Part shown: positions 1 to 10,509 of the stretch, in pieces
Position numbering within the stretch: position 1 is the stretch's first letter
How the letters are laid out: every line of letters begins with the position of its first letter
DNA from: Gaiellaceae bacterium
Lineage (GTDB): Bacteria; Actinomycetota; Thermoleophilia; Gaiellales; Gaiellaceae
NCBI GenBank assembly: GCA_035473395.1
Contig: DATIOF010000088.1
Coordinates: forward strand, 196-64,195
Direction of reading: 5' to 3'
DNA length: 64,000 nucleotides
Position numbers and translations under genes: made by a program
The notes under the pieces: model-generated
Databases searched by the model: none
The model's input: only the letters and a program-made list of their open reading frames with translations
What the model was told of the DNA's origin: nothing

Positions 1-1281
1 CTCGGTTCCGTCCTCATCGAGGAACGTCGCCTCCAGCGGAGCCGAGTACTTCGTCTCCAGCTTGAAAATATGTCCAACCTCGATCGCCACCTGTAGGTGT
101 AGATGCCCGCCGCAGCCAGGACATGCGTCTCCTTCGCGAATTTCTCGAAGATCGACGAAGCGGGGCTCGTAATCGCGGCCGGCCTGCACGCCGCGCAGGT
201 GCACGTCGTCGCGGTTTGCGCCCACGACGTACTGGCCCTCGTGCAGGGCCTCGTCGGCGAGCACGTCGACCTTGACGCCGACCGGGCCGATCGAGCCGCC
301 TGCTGCGCCGAACGCCTCGCGGATCTCCTCCTGCTCGGCCGCCCGAAAATCGTCGCCGAGGGCCTGAAGGAGTTTCATCTCGTTGAGCCGGTCGTCGCCG
401 CGCACCAGGGCGAGGACGACCCGGCCGTCGACCACGACCGGCATGGCCTTCGCGGTCGCACGGGGGTCGACGCCGAGGAACGCGGAGACGTCCTCGATCG
501 TCCGCTGCCCGGGCGTCTCGACCTCCTCCGGCTGCGGCAGCTCGTCGGGAAAGTCGGCCGGCGACGGGCGGCCCTCCGCGATCTCGAGGTCGGCCGCGTA
601 GTCGCCGTTCTCGCACGTGACGAGCGTGTTCTCGCCCGATCCGGACGGCGCCAGGAAGTCCTGGCTGCCGCTCCCGCCCATCATCCCGGACTCCGCCGCC
701 ACCTCGACGGCCTCGATCCCGCAGCGCTCGAAGATCCGCTTGTAGGCGACTGAGTGCTTGCCGAAGCTCTCGTCGAGGCCGGCCTCGTCGCGGTCGAACG
801 AGTACCCGTCTTTCATGATGAACTCGCGGACCCTGAGGAGTCCACCGCGGGGCCGCGGCTCGTCGCGGTCCTTCGTCTGGAAGTGGTACCAGATCTGCGG
901 CAGCTCTTTGTACGACTGAATCTCACGCGCGTGGAAGGTCACGGTCTCCTCGTGCGTGAGCGGCAGGACGTAGTCGCGGCCGGTGCGGTCCTTGAGCCTG
1001 AAGAGCTCGGGAATGCCGATCCGGCCTGTCGCCTCCCAGAGCTCCGCCGGAGTGAGCACCGGCATCAGCACTTCCTGCGCGCCGAATGCGTCGAGCTCCT
1101 CTCGGATGATCTGCTCGACCTTTCGGTGGACGCGCCAGCCGAGCGGCAAGTAGGTCCAGAGCCCGGCGCTGAGCTGGCGGATGAAGCCGCCGCGCACGAG
1201 CAGCTTGTGGCTGACGGCCTCGGCGTCGGCCGGGTCGTCACGCAGGGTTGGTACGAAAAGCTGAGAAGCCCGGGCGATCAT
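1..1281 (-). CDS. proS: Proline--tRNA ligase, N-terminal 427 codons (3' end runs off the left edge)
   Basis: Not in the ORF track. The minus frame from ATG 1281-1279 reads MIARASQLFVPTLRDDPADAEAVSHKLLVRGGFIRQLSAGLWTYLPLGW...HEETVTFHAREIQSYKELPQIWYHFQTKDRDEPRPRGGLLRVREFIMKDGYSFD. It stays open to position 1. This is a bacterial class II ProRS pattern. Confidence 0.9.
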   Translation of the reverse strand, partial: MIARASQLFVPTLRDDPADAEAVSHKLLVRGGFIRQLSAGLWTYLPLGWRVHRKVEQIIREELDAFGAQEVLMPVLTPAELWEATGRIGIPELFRLKDRTGRDYVLPLTHEETVTFHAREIQSYKELPQIWYHFQTKDRDEPRPRGGLLRVREFIMKDGYSFDRDEAGLDESFGKHSVAYKRIFERCGIEAVEVAAESGMMGGSGSQDFLAPSGSGENTLVTCENGDYAADLEIAEGRPSPADFPDELPQPEEVETPGQRTIEDVSAFLGVDPRATAKAMPVVVDGRVVLALVRGDDRLNEMKLLQALGDDFRAAEQEEIREAFGAAGGSIGPVGVKVDVLADEALHEGQYVVGANRDDVHLRGVQAGRDYEPRFVDLREIREGDACPGCGGHLHLQVAIEVGHIFKLETKYSAPLEATFLDEDGTE

Positions 1282-1296
1282 CGTTGCCGGAGGAGG

Positions 1297-2430
1297 CTAC
1301 TCCAGAGGGATCATCGAGGCTTCTGCCATCGCCAGGGCGGCCGGCTTGGCCATCTTCAAGCGCTTCGGGCGGTGCATGCCGTCGGCGATCCACTTGTCGA
1401 TCTCGTGGAAGAGCTCGTCGACGAGGATGTCGGAGGAGACCTTCTTCAGCACGAGGCCGTGGGCGTAAACGAAGCCGACGTCACGGCCGCCGGCGATCCC
1501 GAAGTCGGCGTCGCCGGCCTCCCCCGGTCCGTTCACCGCGCAGCCGAGCACGGCGACCTCGAAGTGCTGGGGGTAGGTGTGCAGCCGTTCCTCGACCACC
1601 TCGGCCAGCTGCTGGACCCCAACGTTGTCGCGGCCGCAGCTCGGGCAGGCGATCATGATCGGGCCGCGCTCGCGCAGCCCGAGCGCCTTGAGGATCTCGA
1701 AGGCGGTCTTGACCTCCTCGACCGGGTCGGCGGTCAGCGAGACGCGCATCGTGTCGCCGATCCCGTCCGCGAGCAGCGCGCCCATGCCGACGGCGCTCTT
1801 GATCGAGCCCGAGAACGGCGTCCCCGCCTCGGTCACGCCGAGGTGGAGCGGGTACGGAACCTTCGAGGAGAGCAGCCGGTAGGCGCGGATCATCGTCGGC
1901 ACGTGGCTCGACTTGACCGAGATCTTGAAGTCGTAGAAGCCGAGACTCTCGAGCAGCCGCACTTCCTCGAGTGCCGCCTCGACCAGCGCCTCCGCCTGAT
2001 CCTGCTGGGCCAGTTCGGCCAGGTGCTTCGGCAGCGAGCCGGAGTTGGCCCCGATCCGCATCGGCGTGCCGGCCTGCTGCGCGGCGCGGACGACCTCGGC
2101 GACCTTGTCGGGCCCGCCGATGTTGCCCGGGTTGATGCGCACCGCGGCCACGCCCGCTTCGATCGCTCGCAGCGCCAGGCTCGCGTTGAAGTGGATGTCT
2201 GCGATCACCGGCAGCGGCGAAAGGCGGACGATCTTCGGCAGCGCGTCGGCGTCCTCGCTCTTCGGCACCGCCACCCGCACGAGCTCGCAGCCCGCGGACG
2301 CAAGAGCGGCGACCTGCGCGGTCGTCGCCTCGACGTCGTGCGTCTTCGTCAGGGTCATCGACTGCACGACGACGGGCGCACCGCCGCCGATCTGGACGCC
2401 GCCTACGTGGATGGAGCGTTCGCTCGCCAC
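1297..2430 (-). CDS. ispG: 4-hydroxy-3-methylbut-2-enyl diphosphate synthase (IspG/GcpE)
   Basis: 377 aa ORF: VQIGGGAPVVVQSMT...RINPGNIG...ACPSCGR. Full-length IspG pattern, next to dxr and rseP as in many bacteria. Confidence 0.95.
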   Translation of the reverse strand: MASERSIHVGGVQIGGGAPVVVQSMTLTKTHDVEATTAQVAALASAGCELVRVAVPKSEDADALPKIVRLSPLPVIADIHFNASLALRAIEAGVAAVRINPGNIGGPDKVAEVVRAAQQAGTPMRIGANSGSLPKHLAELAQQDQAEALVEAALEEVRLLESLGFYDFKISVKSSHVPTMIRAYRLLSSKVPYPLHLGVTEAGTPFSGSIKSAVGMGALLADGIGDTMRVSLTADPVEEVKTAFEILKALGLRERGPIMIACPSCGRDNVGVQQLAEVVEERLHTYPQHFEVAVLGCAVNGPGEAGDADFGIAGGRDVGFVYAHGLVLKKVSSDILVDELFHEIDKWIADGMHRPKRLKMAKPAALAMAEASMIPLE

Positions 2431-2439
2431 CCTCCGAGT

Positions 2440-3669
2440 CTAGCCCCCGCGGATGTTTCCGATGTCGTTCGAGAGCCCTACGAAGAAGAGGAGCAGCACG
2501 AGCGCGATGCCGACGGCGGAGACCCGTTCGTAGACCGAGCGCTGAATCGCTCGGCCGCGGATCCCCTCGACGATCGAGAACACCATGTGCCCGCCGTCCA
2601 GGGGCAGCAGCGGTAGTAGGTTCAGGAGCGCGAGCGAGAGGCTGATGATCGCCAGCACCTGCAGGTACTCGCGGTAGCCGAGCTGAACCGCCTTGCTCGA
2701 CTGCTGCACGATCCCGACGGGCGTCGAGACGTCCTTGCGGCCGGAGCCGTTCGCGATATGGCCGAGCCAGGTCCCCATCGCCTTCGTCACGAGCCAGGTG
2801 TCCTCGGCGGCGAGCGCGAACGCTCTCGGCGGGCTATAGCTCGTGTAGCGCACCGCGGCCGGATGGAACCCGAGCGTGTAGACCCCGTTCGTCTTGCTGG
2901 GCTTCACCGCGGGCAGCTCGACGTAGCGGCCGTGACGGACGACCGAGATCACGAGCGCCTTGCCCTGGCTGTTGTGGATCGCGTTGCGAACGTCGGTGAA
3001 GTCGTAGGCGGGAACGCGGTTAACGCCGACGATCCGGTCGCCGGCGTGCAGTCCCGCGACCGCCGCGGGCGACTTCGGGATCACGTCCTGGACGCGACGC
3101 GAGGCGTCCGAGGGAATCCCGAGCATGTAGACGGTGGCGAGCAGGACGACCGCGAACAGGAGATTCGTCCCCGGCCCGGCAGCGATCACTGCCAGGCGCT
3201 TCCAGGTGCGCTGCCGCCAGTAGGCGTCCGGGCCCAGCGCGTCGTCGAGCTCGCTCAAACCGCGATCGGCGGCTCGACGGGCCTTGGGCGTGAGCTTGGC
3301 GCTCGTGATTGCCTGTCCGAGCGTCGCCACGGCGGCGCGCGCCTCGTCGAAGGCGCCGCGGGCCACGAGCCGCTTCGCGCGCTCCACGTCGGTCAGCAGG
3401 CGCGGCTCCTCGTACAGCGCGGGCCCGAAGTGCACGTCCAGGTCAGACGGCGCGGGCCGGTGCATCCCGGGGATCTTCACGTAGCCGCCGAACGGGATCA
3501 CGCCCAGGCCGTACTCGATCCCGTTGCGCTTCCACTTGACCGCCGCCGGCGGGAACCCGATGTAGAACTTCCGCGGTCGCATCCCGACCCCGCGCGCCGT
3601 GAAGAAGTGACCCATCTCGTGGATCAGGATCAGCAGGGCGAGCCCGAAGATGGCGACGAGGATGCTCAC
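2440..3669 (-). CDS. rseP: RIP site-2 zinc metalloprotease (M50, RseP-like, PDZ-containing)
   Basis: HEMGHFF (HExxH) and NLLPLLPLDGGH motifs with a PDZ-like middle. The N-terminal 226 aa of track ORF 2440..4350 are Arg-rich read-through. The GTG at 3669 overlaps the dxr stop as GTGA. Confidence 0.85.
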   Translation of the reverse strand: MSILVAIFGLALLILIHEMGHFFTARGVGMRPRKFYIGFPPAAVKWKRNGIEYGLGVIPFGGYVKIPGMHRPAPSDLDVHFGPALYEEPRLLTDVERAKRLVARGAFDEARAAVATLGQAITSAKLTPKARRAADRGLSELDDALGPDAYWRQRTWKRLAVIAAGPGTNLLFAVVLLATVYMLGIPSDASRRVQDVIPKSPAAVAGLHAGDRIVGVNRVPAYDFTDVRNAIHNSQGKALVISVVRHGRYVELPAVKPSKTNGVYTLGFHPAAVRYTSYSPPRAFALAAEDTWLVTKAMGTWLGHIANGSGRKDVSTPVGIVQQSSKAVQLGYREYLQVLAIISLSLALLNLLPLLPLDGGHMVFSIVEGIRGRAIQRSVYERVSAVGIALVLLLFFVGLSNDIGNIRGG

Positions 3670-4724
3670 GCGACGGATGCTCTTTCCGCGAGGCGGCGCG
3701 CTTCCCTGTCGGCTTCGAGGAGCTCGTCGAGATCGCGCGCGGGTGCGCCGTCCACCTCCGCCAGTGTCTCTTCGACGGTCGCAGCGACCGCGAGGAACGA
3801 CAGGCGTCCCTCGAGAAACGCGGCGACGGCAACCTCGTTGGCGGCATTGAAGGCGCACGGGAAGGTGCCGCCCCGCTCGCCGGCCTGGCGCGCGAGCGCG
3901 AGCAGCGGGAACGTCTCCAGGTCTGGCGGCTCGAACTCGAGCACGAGGCCCTGGGAGAAGTCGAGCGCCGGCACCGGCGTCGCCGCGCGCGCGGGATAGG
4001 TGAGCGCGAAGGCGATCGGGACGCGCATGTCCGGGTAGCCGAGATGCGCCAGCGAGGCGCCGTCGCGGAAGCGGACGAGCGCATGGACGACGGAGGTCGG
4101 CTGCAGCACCACCTCGATCCGGGCGTACGGGATGCCGAAGAGGAAGTGCGCCTCGATCAGCTCGAGGCCCTTGTTGGCGAGCGTGGCCGAGTCGATCGTG
4201 ATCTTCGGGCCCATGCTCCAGGTCGGGTGCGCAAGCGCCTCCTCCGGCGCGACGTCCTCGAGCTCCTCGCGCGTGCGCCGGCGGAACGGGCCGCCCGAGC
4301 CGGTGAGCACGAGTGAGTCGACCTGTTCGGGCGCGCGCCCCTCGAGGCACTGGAACGCCGCCGAGTGCTCGCTGTCGACCGGAAGCAGCAAACCGCCGCC
4401 GCGCTGCTGCGCCGCCAGCGCCAGCTCACCGGCAGCGACGAGGCTCTCCTTGTTGGCGAGGGCGAGCGTGACGCCGTGCTCGAGCGCCCAGAGCGTGGCG
4501 GGCAGGCCGGCGAAGCCGACGACCGCGTTCAGCACCACGTCCGGCTCGGCGCGGTCGAGCAGCTCGGTGAGGTCGCCGCCGACCTGGGTCAGCGGGGCTA
4601 GCCCGTCGATCGGTTGCGAACCCGAGGCAGCCGCCACCAGCTCGAGCTCGGGGTGGGCGCCGACGATCTCGAGCGCCTGGCGGCCGATGGAGCCGGTGGC
4701 CCCCAGGAGGGCGATTCTCGTCAT
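3666..4724 (-). CDS. dxr: 1-deoxy-D-xylulose 5-phosphate reductoisomerase
   Basis: MTRIALLGATGSIGRQALEIV...NKGLELIEAHFLF. The start is placed at Met106 of track ORF 3666..5039, because upstream residues are Arg-rich. Confidence 0.92.
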   Translation of the reverse strand: MTRIALLGATGSIGRQALEIVGAHPELELVAAASGSQPIDGLAPLTQVGGDLTELLDRAEPDVVLNAVVGFAGLPATLWALEHGVTLALANKESLVAAGELALAAQQRGGGLLLPVDSEHSAAFQCLEGRAPEQVDSLVLTGSGGPFRRRTREELEDVAPEEALAHPTWSMGPKITIDSATLANKGLELIEAHFLFGIPYARIEVVLQPTSVVHALVRFRDGASLAHLGYPDMRVPIAFALTYPARAATPVPALDFSQGLVLEFEPPDLETFPLLALARQAGERGGTFPCAFNAANEVAVAAFLEGRLSFLAVAATVEETLAEVDGAPARDLDELLEADREARRLAERASVA

Positions 4725-4759
4725 CTGCTCAAAGTGTACGACCGGAGCCCGGTTCCGGA

Positions 4760-5557
4760 TCAGTGCAGTGCCAGGATCGTGTAGTAGGCGGCCACTGCGG
4801 CGAACAGGTGCGAGTCGAGCCGGTCGAGCATGCCGCCGTGCCCCGCGAGCAAGCGGCCGCTGTCCTTGACGTTCAGGTCGCGCTTGACCGCCGACTCGAA
4901 CAGGTCGCCCAGCGGCGCCGCAACCGCGATCACGCCGCCGAGCACGAGCGATTGCCAGACGTTCATGAAGTCCGAGTTGTAGAGCGCGAAGAACGGCACG
5001 AGCACCGCGACCACGGTCCCGGCGGCGAGGCCCTCCCACGTCTTGCCCGGCGAGATCGTCGGCGCCATCCGGTGTCGCCCGAGCAGCCGGCCGGCGAAGT
5101 AGGCGATGGCGTCCGAGGCGAACACCGCCAGCAGCACGGTGAAGACCGCGAGCCGCCCGTCCTTCGCGGGCTCGAGCTCGCGGATGAGCTGGACGTGCGC
5201 GAGGCCGAGACCGACCCAGGCCGCTCCGAAGACGGTCGTCGCCACCGCGACCGTCAGCGACTGCCGCGTCTGCGAGATCCCCTTCAGCACGAAGGCGAGC
5301 GGGAGCGTGATGAGGAAGCCGGCGGTCATCCAGAGCGGGCCGCCGAGCCAGGCGCCGAGCAGCGCGAGCGAGGCGCCCGAGTAGCCGGCGAGCACGAGCG
5401 GCCGCAGCGGCCGCGCAATCCCGAAGAACTCGTGCAGCGCGAGCGTGGCCGCGACAACGGCGAGCGCGAACAGCCAGCCGCCGCCCAGCCAGACGACGTA
5501 GAGGACGAGCGGCAGCCCGACGACCGCCACCACGATGCGCGACCAGAACTGGCTCAA
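4760..5557 (-). CDS. cdsA: Phosphatidate cytidylyltransferase
   Basis: Multi-TM protein carrying the CDS signature SAVKRDLNVKDSGRLLAGHGGMLDRLDS. Confidence 0.9.
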   Translation of the reverse strand: MSQFWSRIVVAVVGLPLVLYVVWLGGGWLFALAVVAATLALHEFFGIARPLRPLVLAGYSGASLALLGAWLGGPLWMTAGFLITLPLAFVLKGISQTRQSLTVAVATTVFGAAWVGLGLAHVQLIRELEPAKDGRLAVFTVLLAVFASDAIAYFAGRLLGRHRMAPTISPGKTWEGLAAGTVVAVLVPFFALYNSDFMNVWQSLVLGGVIAVAAPLGDLFESAVKRDLNVKDSGRLLAGHGGMLDRLDSHLFAAVAAYYTILALH

Positions 5558-5560
5558 CCG

Positions 5561-6256
5561 CTACCTGCCGCCGAAGCGGCGGCGTCGCTGGGCGTAGGCC
5601 GCGAGCGCGTCCTCGAGCTCGCGGCTGCCGAAGTCGGGCCAGAGCACGTCGAGGAAGACAAGCTCCGAGTAGGCCAGCTGCCAGAGCAGGAAGTTCGAGA
5701 TGCGAAGCTCGCCGCTCGTCCGGATCAGCAGGTCCGGGTCGGGCAGCTCGGGCTCGTAGAGATTCGCCCGCAGCGACTCCTCGTCGGGCTCGACCCCGGC
5801 TTCGACGAGTCGCCGCGCCGCTTCGACCAGCTCCGCTCGCCCGCCGTAGTCGAACGCGATCCAGAGGTTGAGCCGTTCGTTGTTGGCAGTCTCCGCCTCG
5901 AGGCCGTCCATCTGCGCGCGCAACTCCTTGGGCGCACGGTCGCGGCGGCCGAGGAAGCGGGCGCGAACGCCTTGCCGGGCGAGGTCGGGGAGCTCGCGCT
6001 CGATCGTCTCGCCGAAGATCTCCATCAGGTCCTCGACCTCGGCCTCGGGCCGCGACCAGTTCTCGGTCGAGAAGGCGTAGACGATCAGCGTCTCGACGCC
6101 GAGGTCGATCGCCGCCTCGACCGTCCGGCGCAGCGCCTTCGTGCCGGCACGATGGCCTTCGGCGACGGGCAGGCCGCGCCGCTCGGCCCAGCGGCCGTTG
6201 CCGTCCATGATGATCGCGACGGTGCGGGCGCTGTCCTCTTGCGCTCCGCGTTCCAC
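5561..6256 (-). CDS. uppS: Undecaprenyl (isoprenyl) diphosphate synthase
   Basis: VAIIMDGNGRWA...YAFSTENWSRP...RTSGELRISNFLLWQLAYSE. Confidence 0.95.
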   Translation of the reverse strand: MERGAQEDSARTVAIIMDGNGRWAERRGLPVAEGHRAGTKALRRTVEAAIDLGVETLIVYAFSTENWSRPEAEVEDLMEIFGETIERELPDLARQGVRARFLGRRDRAPKELRAQMDGLEAETANNERLNLWIAFDYGGRAELVEAARRLVEAGVEPDEESLRANLYEPELPDPDLLIRTSGELRISNFLLWQLAYSELVFLDVLWPDFGSRELEDALAAYAQRRRRFGGR

Positions 6257-6283
6257 GGTGAGGGGGTTCGGCGCCTTCAGCGC

Positions 6284-6844
6284 CTAGACCTCCATGATCT
6301 CCGCTTCCTTCTTCTTCAGCAGCTCGTCGATCTCGTGGACGTGGTCGTCCGTGAGCTTCTGGACGCGCTCCTCGGCCCGGTGCTCCTCGTCGCTGCCGGC
6401 CTCGCCCTTGTCGACCAGCTCCTTCAGGTGGTGGATCGCGTCGCGGCGGACGTTGCGCACGGCGACCCTCCCCTCCTCCGCCATGTTCCGCACGACCTTG
6501 ACGAGCTCCTTGCGCCGCTCCTCGGTCAGCTGCGGGATCGGTAGTCGGATCAGCTTGCCGTCATTCGAGGGCGTGAGACCGAGGTCGGACTCCTGGATCG
6601 CGCGCTCGATGGTCGCGACCGAGCCCGGGTCGAACGGCTGGATCGTCAGCAGGCGCGGCTCCGGCGCCCCGATCGTCGCCAGCTGCTTGAGGGGCGTCTG
6701 CTGGCCGTAGTAGTCGATCTGCACGCGATCGAGAAGCGCCGGCGAGGCACGTCCGGTGCGCAACGTCGAGAACTCGTTCTGCGCGGCCTCGACGGACTTG
6801 TCCATCCGCCTCGTCGCGTCCTGAATCAGGTCATCGATCGCCAT
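6284..6844 (-). CDS. frr: Ribosome recycling factor
   Basis: 186 aa: FSTLRTGRASPALLDRVQIDYYG...LPIPQLTEERRKELVK. GAGGAGG lies 5 nt upstream of the ATG. Confidence 0.95.
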   Translation of the reverse strand: MAIDDLIQDATRRMDKSVEAAQNEFSTLRTGRASPALLDRVQIDYYGQQTPLKQLATIGAPEPRLLTIQPFDPGSVATIERAIQESDLGLTPSNDGKLIRLPIPQLTEERRKELVKVVRNMAEEGRVAVRNVRRDAIHHLKELVDKGEAGSDEEHRAEERVQKLTDDHVHEIDELLKKKEAEIMEV

Positions 6845-6969
6845 CTGGCCTCCTCGTTAGAGCCTAACTCGCCTGAAGAATGCAGACCGTTTCTTTCCAA
6901 GTAGCTGTGTTGGACGGCCGAGCGGGCGACGCCCGCACGGCCTCTCTGGTCGGCGCCGCAAGACGGCGC

Positions 6970-7725
6970 CTAGGGGGTCGAGACGATGGTGCCGACCCGC
7001 TCGCCATGCACGACTCTACGGATGTTTCCAGGTTCCAGGGCGAAGACGTAGATCGGCAGCCGGTTGTCCATGCAGAGAGACAGCGCGGTCGTATCCATCA
7101 CCTTCAGGCCGCGCTCGATCGCCTGCAGATGGGTGATCTCGGGCAGCAGCGTCGCATTTGGGTCGACGCGGGGATCGCCGTCGAGCACGCCCGCAACCGC
7201 GTGTTTGGCCATCAGAATCGCCTCCGCGCCGATCTCGAGCGCTCGCAAGGCGGCCGCGGTGTCGGTGGTGAAGTACGGGTTGCCTGTGCCGGCCGCGAAG
7301 ATCACGATGCGCTTCTTCTCGAGATGGCGGATCGCGCGGCGGCGGATGTACGGCTCGGCCACCTCCGCGGCGGCGAGCGCGGACATGACGCGCGTGTGAG
7401 CGCCGCGCCGCTCGAGCGCGTCCTGGAGCGGCAGCGCGTTCAGGAGCGTCGCCAGCATGCCGGCGTAGTCGGCGGTGGCGCGGTCGATCCCCTGCGCCGA
7501 TGCCTCGAGCCCGCGGTAGATGTTCCCGGCCCCGACAACGATCGCCAGCTCGGGACCGTCCTGCTGCACCTCGACGATCTCGCCCGCGAGCGCCTCGATC
7601 CGCTCGGGATCGATGCCGTACGCCCGGTCGCCCATCAACGCCTCGCCCGAGAGCTTCAGCAGCACGCGGTGAAAAGCGGTTCCCGCCTCGCCGGCGGACT
7701 GCTCCGGAGACGCGGTCTCGGTCAC
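6970..7725 (-). CDS. pyrH: UMP kinase
   Basis: [15 protein letters not shown]...[10 protein letters not shown]...[21 protein letters not shown]. The GTG at 7725 overlaps the tsf stop (GTGA). The longer track start lies inside tsf. Confidence 0.9.
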   Translation of the reverse strand: MTETASPEQSAGEAGTAFHRVLLKLSGEALMGDRAYGIDPERIEALAGEIVEVQQDGPELAIVVGAGNIYRGLEASAQGIDRATADYAGMLATLLNALPLQDALERRGAHTRVMSALAAAEVAEPYIRRRAIRHLEKKRIVIFAAGTGNPYFTTDTAAALRALEIGAEAILMAKHAVAGVLDGDPRVDPNATLLPEITHLQAIERGLKVMDTTALSLCMDNRLPIYVFALEPGNIRRVVHGERVGTIVSTP

Positions 7726-8525
7726 TCGGCCAGCGCGTAGCGGACGAACTCGAGCACCTCGAGCCCGGCCTCCTCGAGCGCCTTGCCGGCCGTGAGGGAC
7801 GGGTCGTGGATCCACGACTGCTCGCTCAGCGCGATGGCCGAGAGGAACTCCTTGCGCAGGCGGCCCTCGACGATCTTCGCCCGCACCTCCTCCGGCTTCG
7901 ACTGGACGTCGGCCTGGTTCTCGTAGATCGAGCGCTCGTTGGCCAGCTCCTCGGCAGGCACCTCGTCGACGCTGCGATAGCGCGGCGCGGCGAACGAGAT
8001 GTGCATCGCGAGCCTGCGCGCGGCAGTGCCGTCCGAGCCCTTGACGCGGACGAGCACGCCGATCTTGTTCGCCGGCGGATGCACGTACTCGGCCAGCAGC
8101 TCGCCCTCGCCGGCCTCCATGCGCGTCCCGCCGACGAGCTCGACGTTCTCGCCGATCTTGGCGATCAGCTCGAGCCGGCGCTCTTCGAGGCCTACGAGCC
8201 CATCCGGGCCTTCCGTCTCGACCGCCTCGAGCGCGGCTTCCGCGAAGGAGAGGAACTCGTCGTTCTTGGAGACGGGCTCGGTCTCACAGCCGACGGCGAC
8301 GATCGCGCCGACGGTGCCGGAGACGGTGGCCAGGACCTCGCCCTCGGTTGTCGCGCGGCCCGCCTTCTTGCCGGCGGCGGCCATGCCCTGCTCGCGCAGG
8401 AGCCGCTGGGCAGCCTCGACGTCGCCGGCGGTCTCCTCGAGCGCCCGCTTGGCGTCCATCATTCCGGCGCCCGTTCGGTCGCGAAGCTCCTTGACGAGGC
8501 TCGCTGAGATCTGCACCTGGCTCAC
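7722..8525 (-). CDS. tsf: Translation elongation factor Ts
   Basis: [31 protein letters not shown]... The GTG at 8525 overlaps the rpsB stop (GTGA). Upstream track residues are Arg/Gly junk. Confidence 0.92.
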   Translation of the reverse strand: MSQVQISASLVKELRDRTGAGMMDAKRALEETAGDVEAAQRLLREQGMAAAGKKAGRATTEGEVLATVSGTVGAIVAVGCETEPVSKNDEFLSFAEAALEAVETEGPDGLVGLEERRLELIAKIGENVELVGGTRMEAGEGELLAEYVHPPANKIGVLVRVKGSDGTAARRLAMHISFAAPRYRSVDEVPAEELANERSIYENQADVQSKPEEVRAKIVEGRLRKEFLSAIALSEQSWIHDPSLTAGKALEEAGLEVLEFVRYALAE

Positions 8526-9385
8526 GAGCCCTCCTCCGGCGCGTCGGGGACGGGAACGGGCTCCGGCTCCGCCGCCGGCTCGGGCGGCGCTTCGGCCTCG
8601 GGCTCCGCGGGAGCTTCCGGCTCCGCGGGAGCTTCGGGCTCCGCGGCAGCCTCGGGCTCGGGCTGCGTCTCCTCGGCCGGCGCGGGCTCGAAGTCGGCGG
8701 GCTTGGCGCGCTGCTTGCCCTCCGCGATCGAGTCGCCGAGCGCGTGCACGATCAGGCTGCACGAGCGGATCGCGTCGTCATTGCCCGGGATCACGAAGTC
8801 GGCCTCGTCCGGGTCGCAGTTGGTGTCGACGAGCGCGATCACCGGCATCCCCAGTCGGCGCGCTTCCTTCACGGCGAGCTGCTCCTTGCGCAGGTCGACG
8901 ATGAAGATCGCGTCGGGCTGCTTGCGCATGTCCGCGACGCCGCCGAGGTTCGCCTCGAGCTTCTCGAGCTCGGCCTGCATCGAGATCCGCTCCTTGGGCG
9001 GCAGCAGGTCGAGCTGGCCCTCGTCACGCAGCCGCCGCAGCTCGTGCAGGTGCTCGATGCGCTCCGAGATCGTGCGCCAGTTGGTGAGCAGGCCGCCGAG
9101 CCAGCGGTGATTCACATACGGCATACCGGTGCGCTTGGCCTCTTCCGCGACCGAGTCCTGGGCCTGCTTCTTGGTGCCGACGAAGAGCACGGTGCCGCCC
9201 CGCTCGGCGAGGTTGCGGACGAAGCTCTGCGCCTCCTCGAGGCTCTCGAGCGTCTTCTGCAGGTCAATGATGTAGATCCCGCCGCGCTCGCCGAAGATGA
9301 AACGCCGCATCTTCGGGTTCCAGCGGCGCGTCTGGTGGCCGAAATGGACGCCGGCCTCCAGGAGCTCTCGCATGCTGACTGCCAT
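8522..9385 (-). CDS. rpsB: 30S ribosomal protein S2 with an acidic Pro/Glu/Ala-rich C-terminal extension
   Basis: [45 protein letters not shown]. The tail reads ...[23 protein letters not shown]. Confidence 0.95.
   Translation of the reverse strand: MAVSMRELLEAGVHFGHQTRRWNPKMRRFIFGERGGIYIIDLQKTLESLEEAQSFVRNLAERGGTVLFVGTKKQAQDSVAEEAKRTGMPYVNHRWLGGLLTNWRTISERIEHLHELRRLRDEGQLDLLPPKERISMQAELEKLEANLGGVADMRKQPDAIFIVDLRKEQLAVKEARRLGMPVIALVDTNCDPDEADFVIPGNDDAIRSCSLIVHALGDSIAEGKQRAKPADFEPAPAEETQPEPEAAAEPEAPAEPEAPAEPEAEAPPEPAAEPEPVPVPDAPEEGS
8601..8654. repeat. Three tandem 18-bp units (ggctccgcgggagcttcc and variants) inside the rpsB 3' end
   Basis: Read directly: 8601-8618, 8619-8636 and 8637-8654. 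On the minus strand they encode repeated (E)APAEP units. Confidence 0.8.
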
Positions 9386-9435
9386 GGATCGTTCCTTCCT
9401 GGTGGTTTTGGGTGTAGATCGCCGACGGGAGTCGG

Positions 9436-10509
9436 GTGGAACCGGCGCACAGACGCCGGCACCGCCACCCGCCCGGATCGCCGGGTTGGGGACGAAAACG
9501 TTCGGAAAGTGTAGCGATCGCTCAGGTTTGGCCCTTTGCGGTCGATCACATCACCAGCGTCGTGGAAAACCGTCCGTCCCCACCTGCCTTGGAGGAGTTG
9601 GCCGCCGAGATCGAGGCCTCGGCCTGGGAGCTCGCGCTCGCAGTCGTCGAGGAAGGCCTGGTCGACGACCAGATACCGGCGTTGCAGCGGCTCGGTCGTC
9701 TCGGTCAGCTCGGCGACATGCCCACCTTCATCTGCGAGCTCTCGCGGGAGCTCGTCGATCCGCAGCCGGAGCGGATGCGCCGCGGCAGTCCGCTCGCCGC
9801 CCAGGTGCGTGAGCATGCCCGCCAGCGCGAGGCGCTCGGCTTCGACCCACGCGGGATCGTGACCGAGTTCCTGCTCCTGCGACGCGTTCTCTGGTCGTTC
9901 GTCGCCCGGCGCTCGACGGAGCTCGGTCCCGGCGAGATGCTCGCCGTCGAGGAGCGCCTGAACGCGACGATCGACCGGCTGGTGACGGAGTGCGTGGTCG
10001 CGTACTTCGACCGCGCGACCTCCGAGCTCGCCTACCAAGCCCGGCACGACCAGCTGACGGGACTGCTGCGCCACCAGGCGTTCGTCCACGAGCTGGAGCT
10101 CGAGCTGGAGCGCGCGACCCGGTACGGCCACGGCCTTTCGCTCGTCTTTCTCGACCTCGACTGCTTCAAGGAGATCAACGACACGCTCGGCCACCCCGCC
10201 GGCGACCAGGTCCTGCAGCGGCTCGGCAGGCTCCTGCGCGAGTCCCTGCGCGGCTCCGACCTGGCCGGGCGGATGGGCGGCGACGAGTTCGCCGCGTACC
10301 TCGTCGAGGCCGCCGACGAGGCCGGCTCGCTGTTGATCGCCCGCTTGAACGAACGCGTGCACGAGCTGTTCGCCAACGACGAGCTGCCGGTCGCGTGCTC
10401 CTTCAGCGCCGGAACCGCTCACTTCCCGGTCGAGGCTGCCGACGCCGACGCGCTCTTCCGGCTGGCCGACCGTCGGCTCTACGAGTCGAAGCGCGCCAGC
10501 GCGGCCTGA
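9436..10509 (+). CDS. Diguanylate cyclase (GGDEF domain) with an uncharacterised helical N-terminal sensor region
   Basis: [13 protein letters not shown]...[25 protein letters not shown]...[12 protein letters not shown]...RLYESKR. The start is uncertain. GTG 9436 lies only 50 nt from the divergent rpsB start, so an internal GTG near 9566 is possible. Confidence 0.85.
   Translation: MEPAHRRRHRHPPGSPGWGRKRSESVAIAQVWPFAVDHITSVVENRPSPPALEELAAEIEASAWELALAVVEEGLVDDQIPALQRLGRLGQLGDMPTFICELSRELVDPQPERMRRGSPLAAQVREHARQREALGFDPRGIVTEFLLLRRVLWSFVARRSTELGPGEMLAVEERLNATIDRLVTECVVAYFDRATSELAYQARHDQLTGLLRHQAFVHELELELERATRYGHGLSLVFLDLDCFKEINDTLGHPAGDQVLQRLGRLLRESLRGSDLAGRMGGDEFAAYLVEAADEAGSLLIARLNERVHELFANDELPVACSFSAGTAHFPVEAADADALFRLADRRLYESKRASAA

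Noticed and set aside
754-2616. 620-aa plus-strand ORF and many similar long ORFs. Examples: 4763..6544 +, 9112..10422 -, 24109..25374 +, 35936..38575 +, 40216..42105 -, 55774..57894 +, 46125..47891 +.
   Set aside because: They lie antisense to, or out of frame with, genes that have clear family signatures. They are Arg/Pro/Ala/Gly-rich with no motifs. Stop-poor shadow frames like these are expected at about 70% GC.
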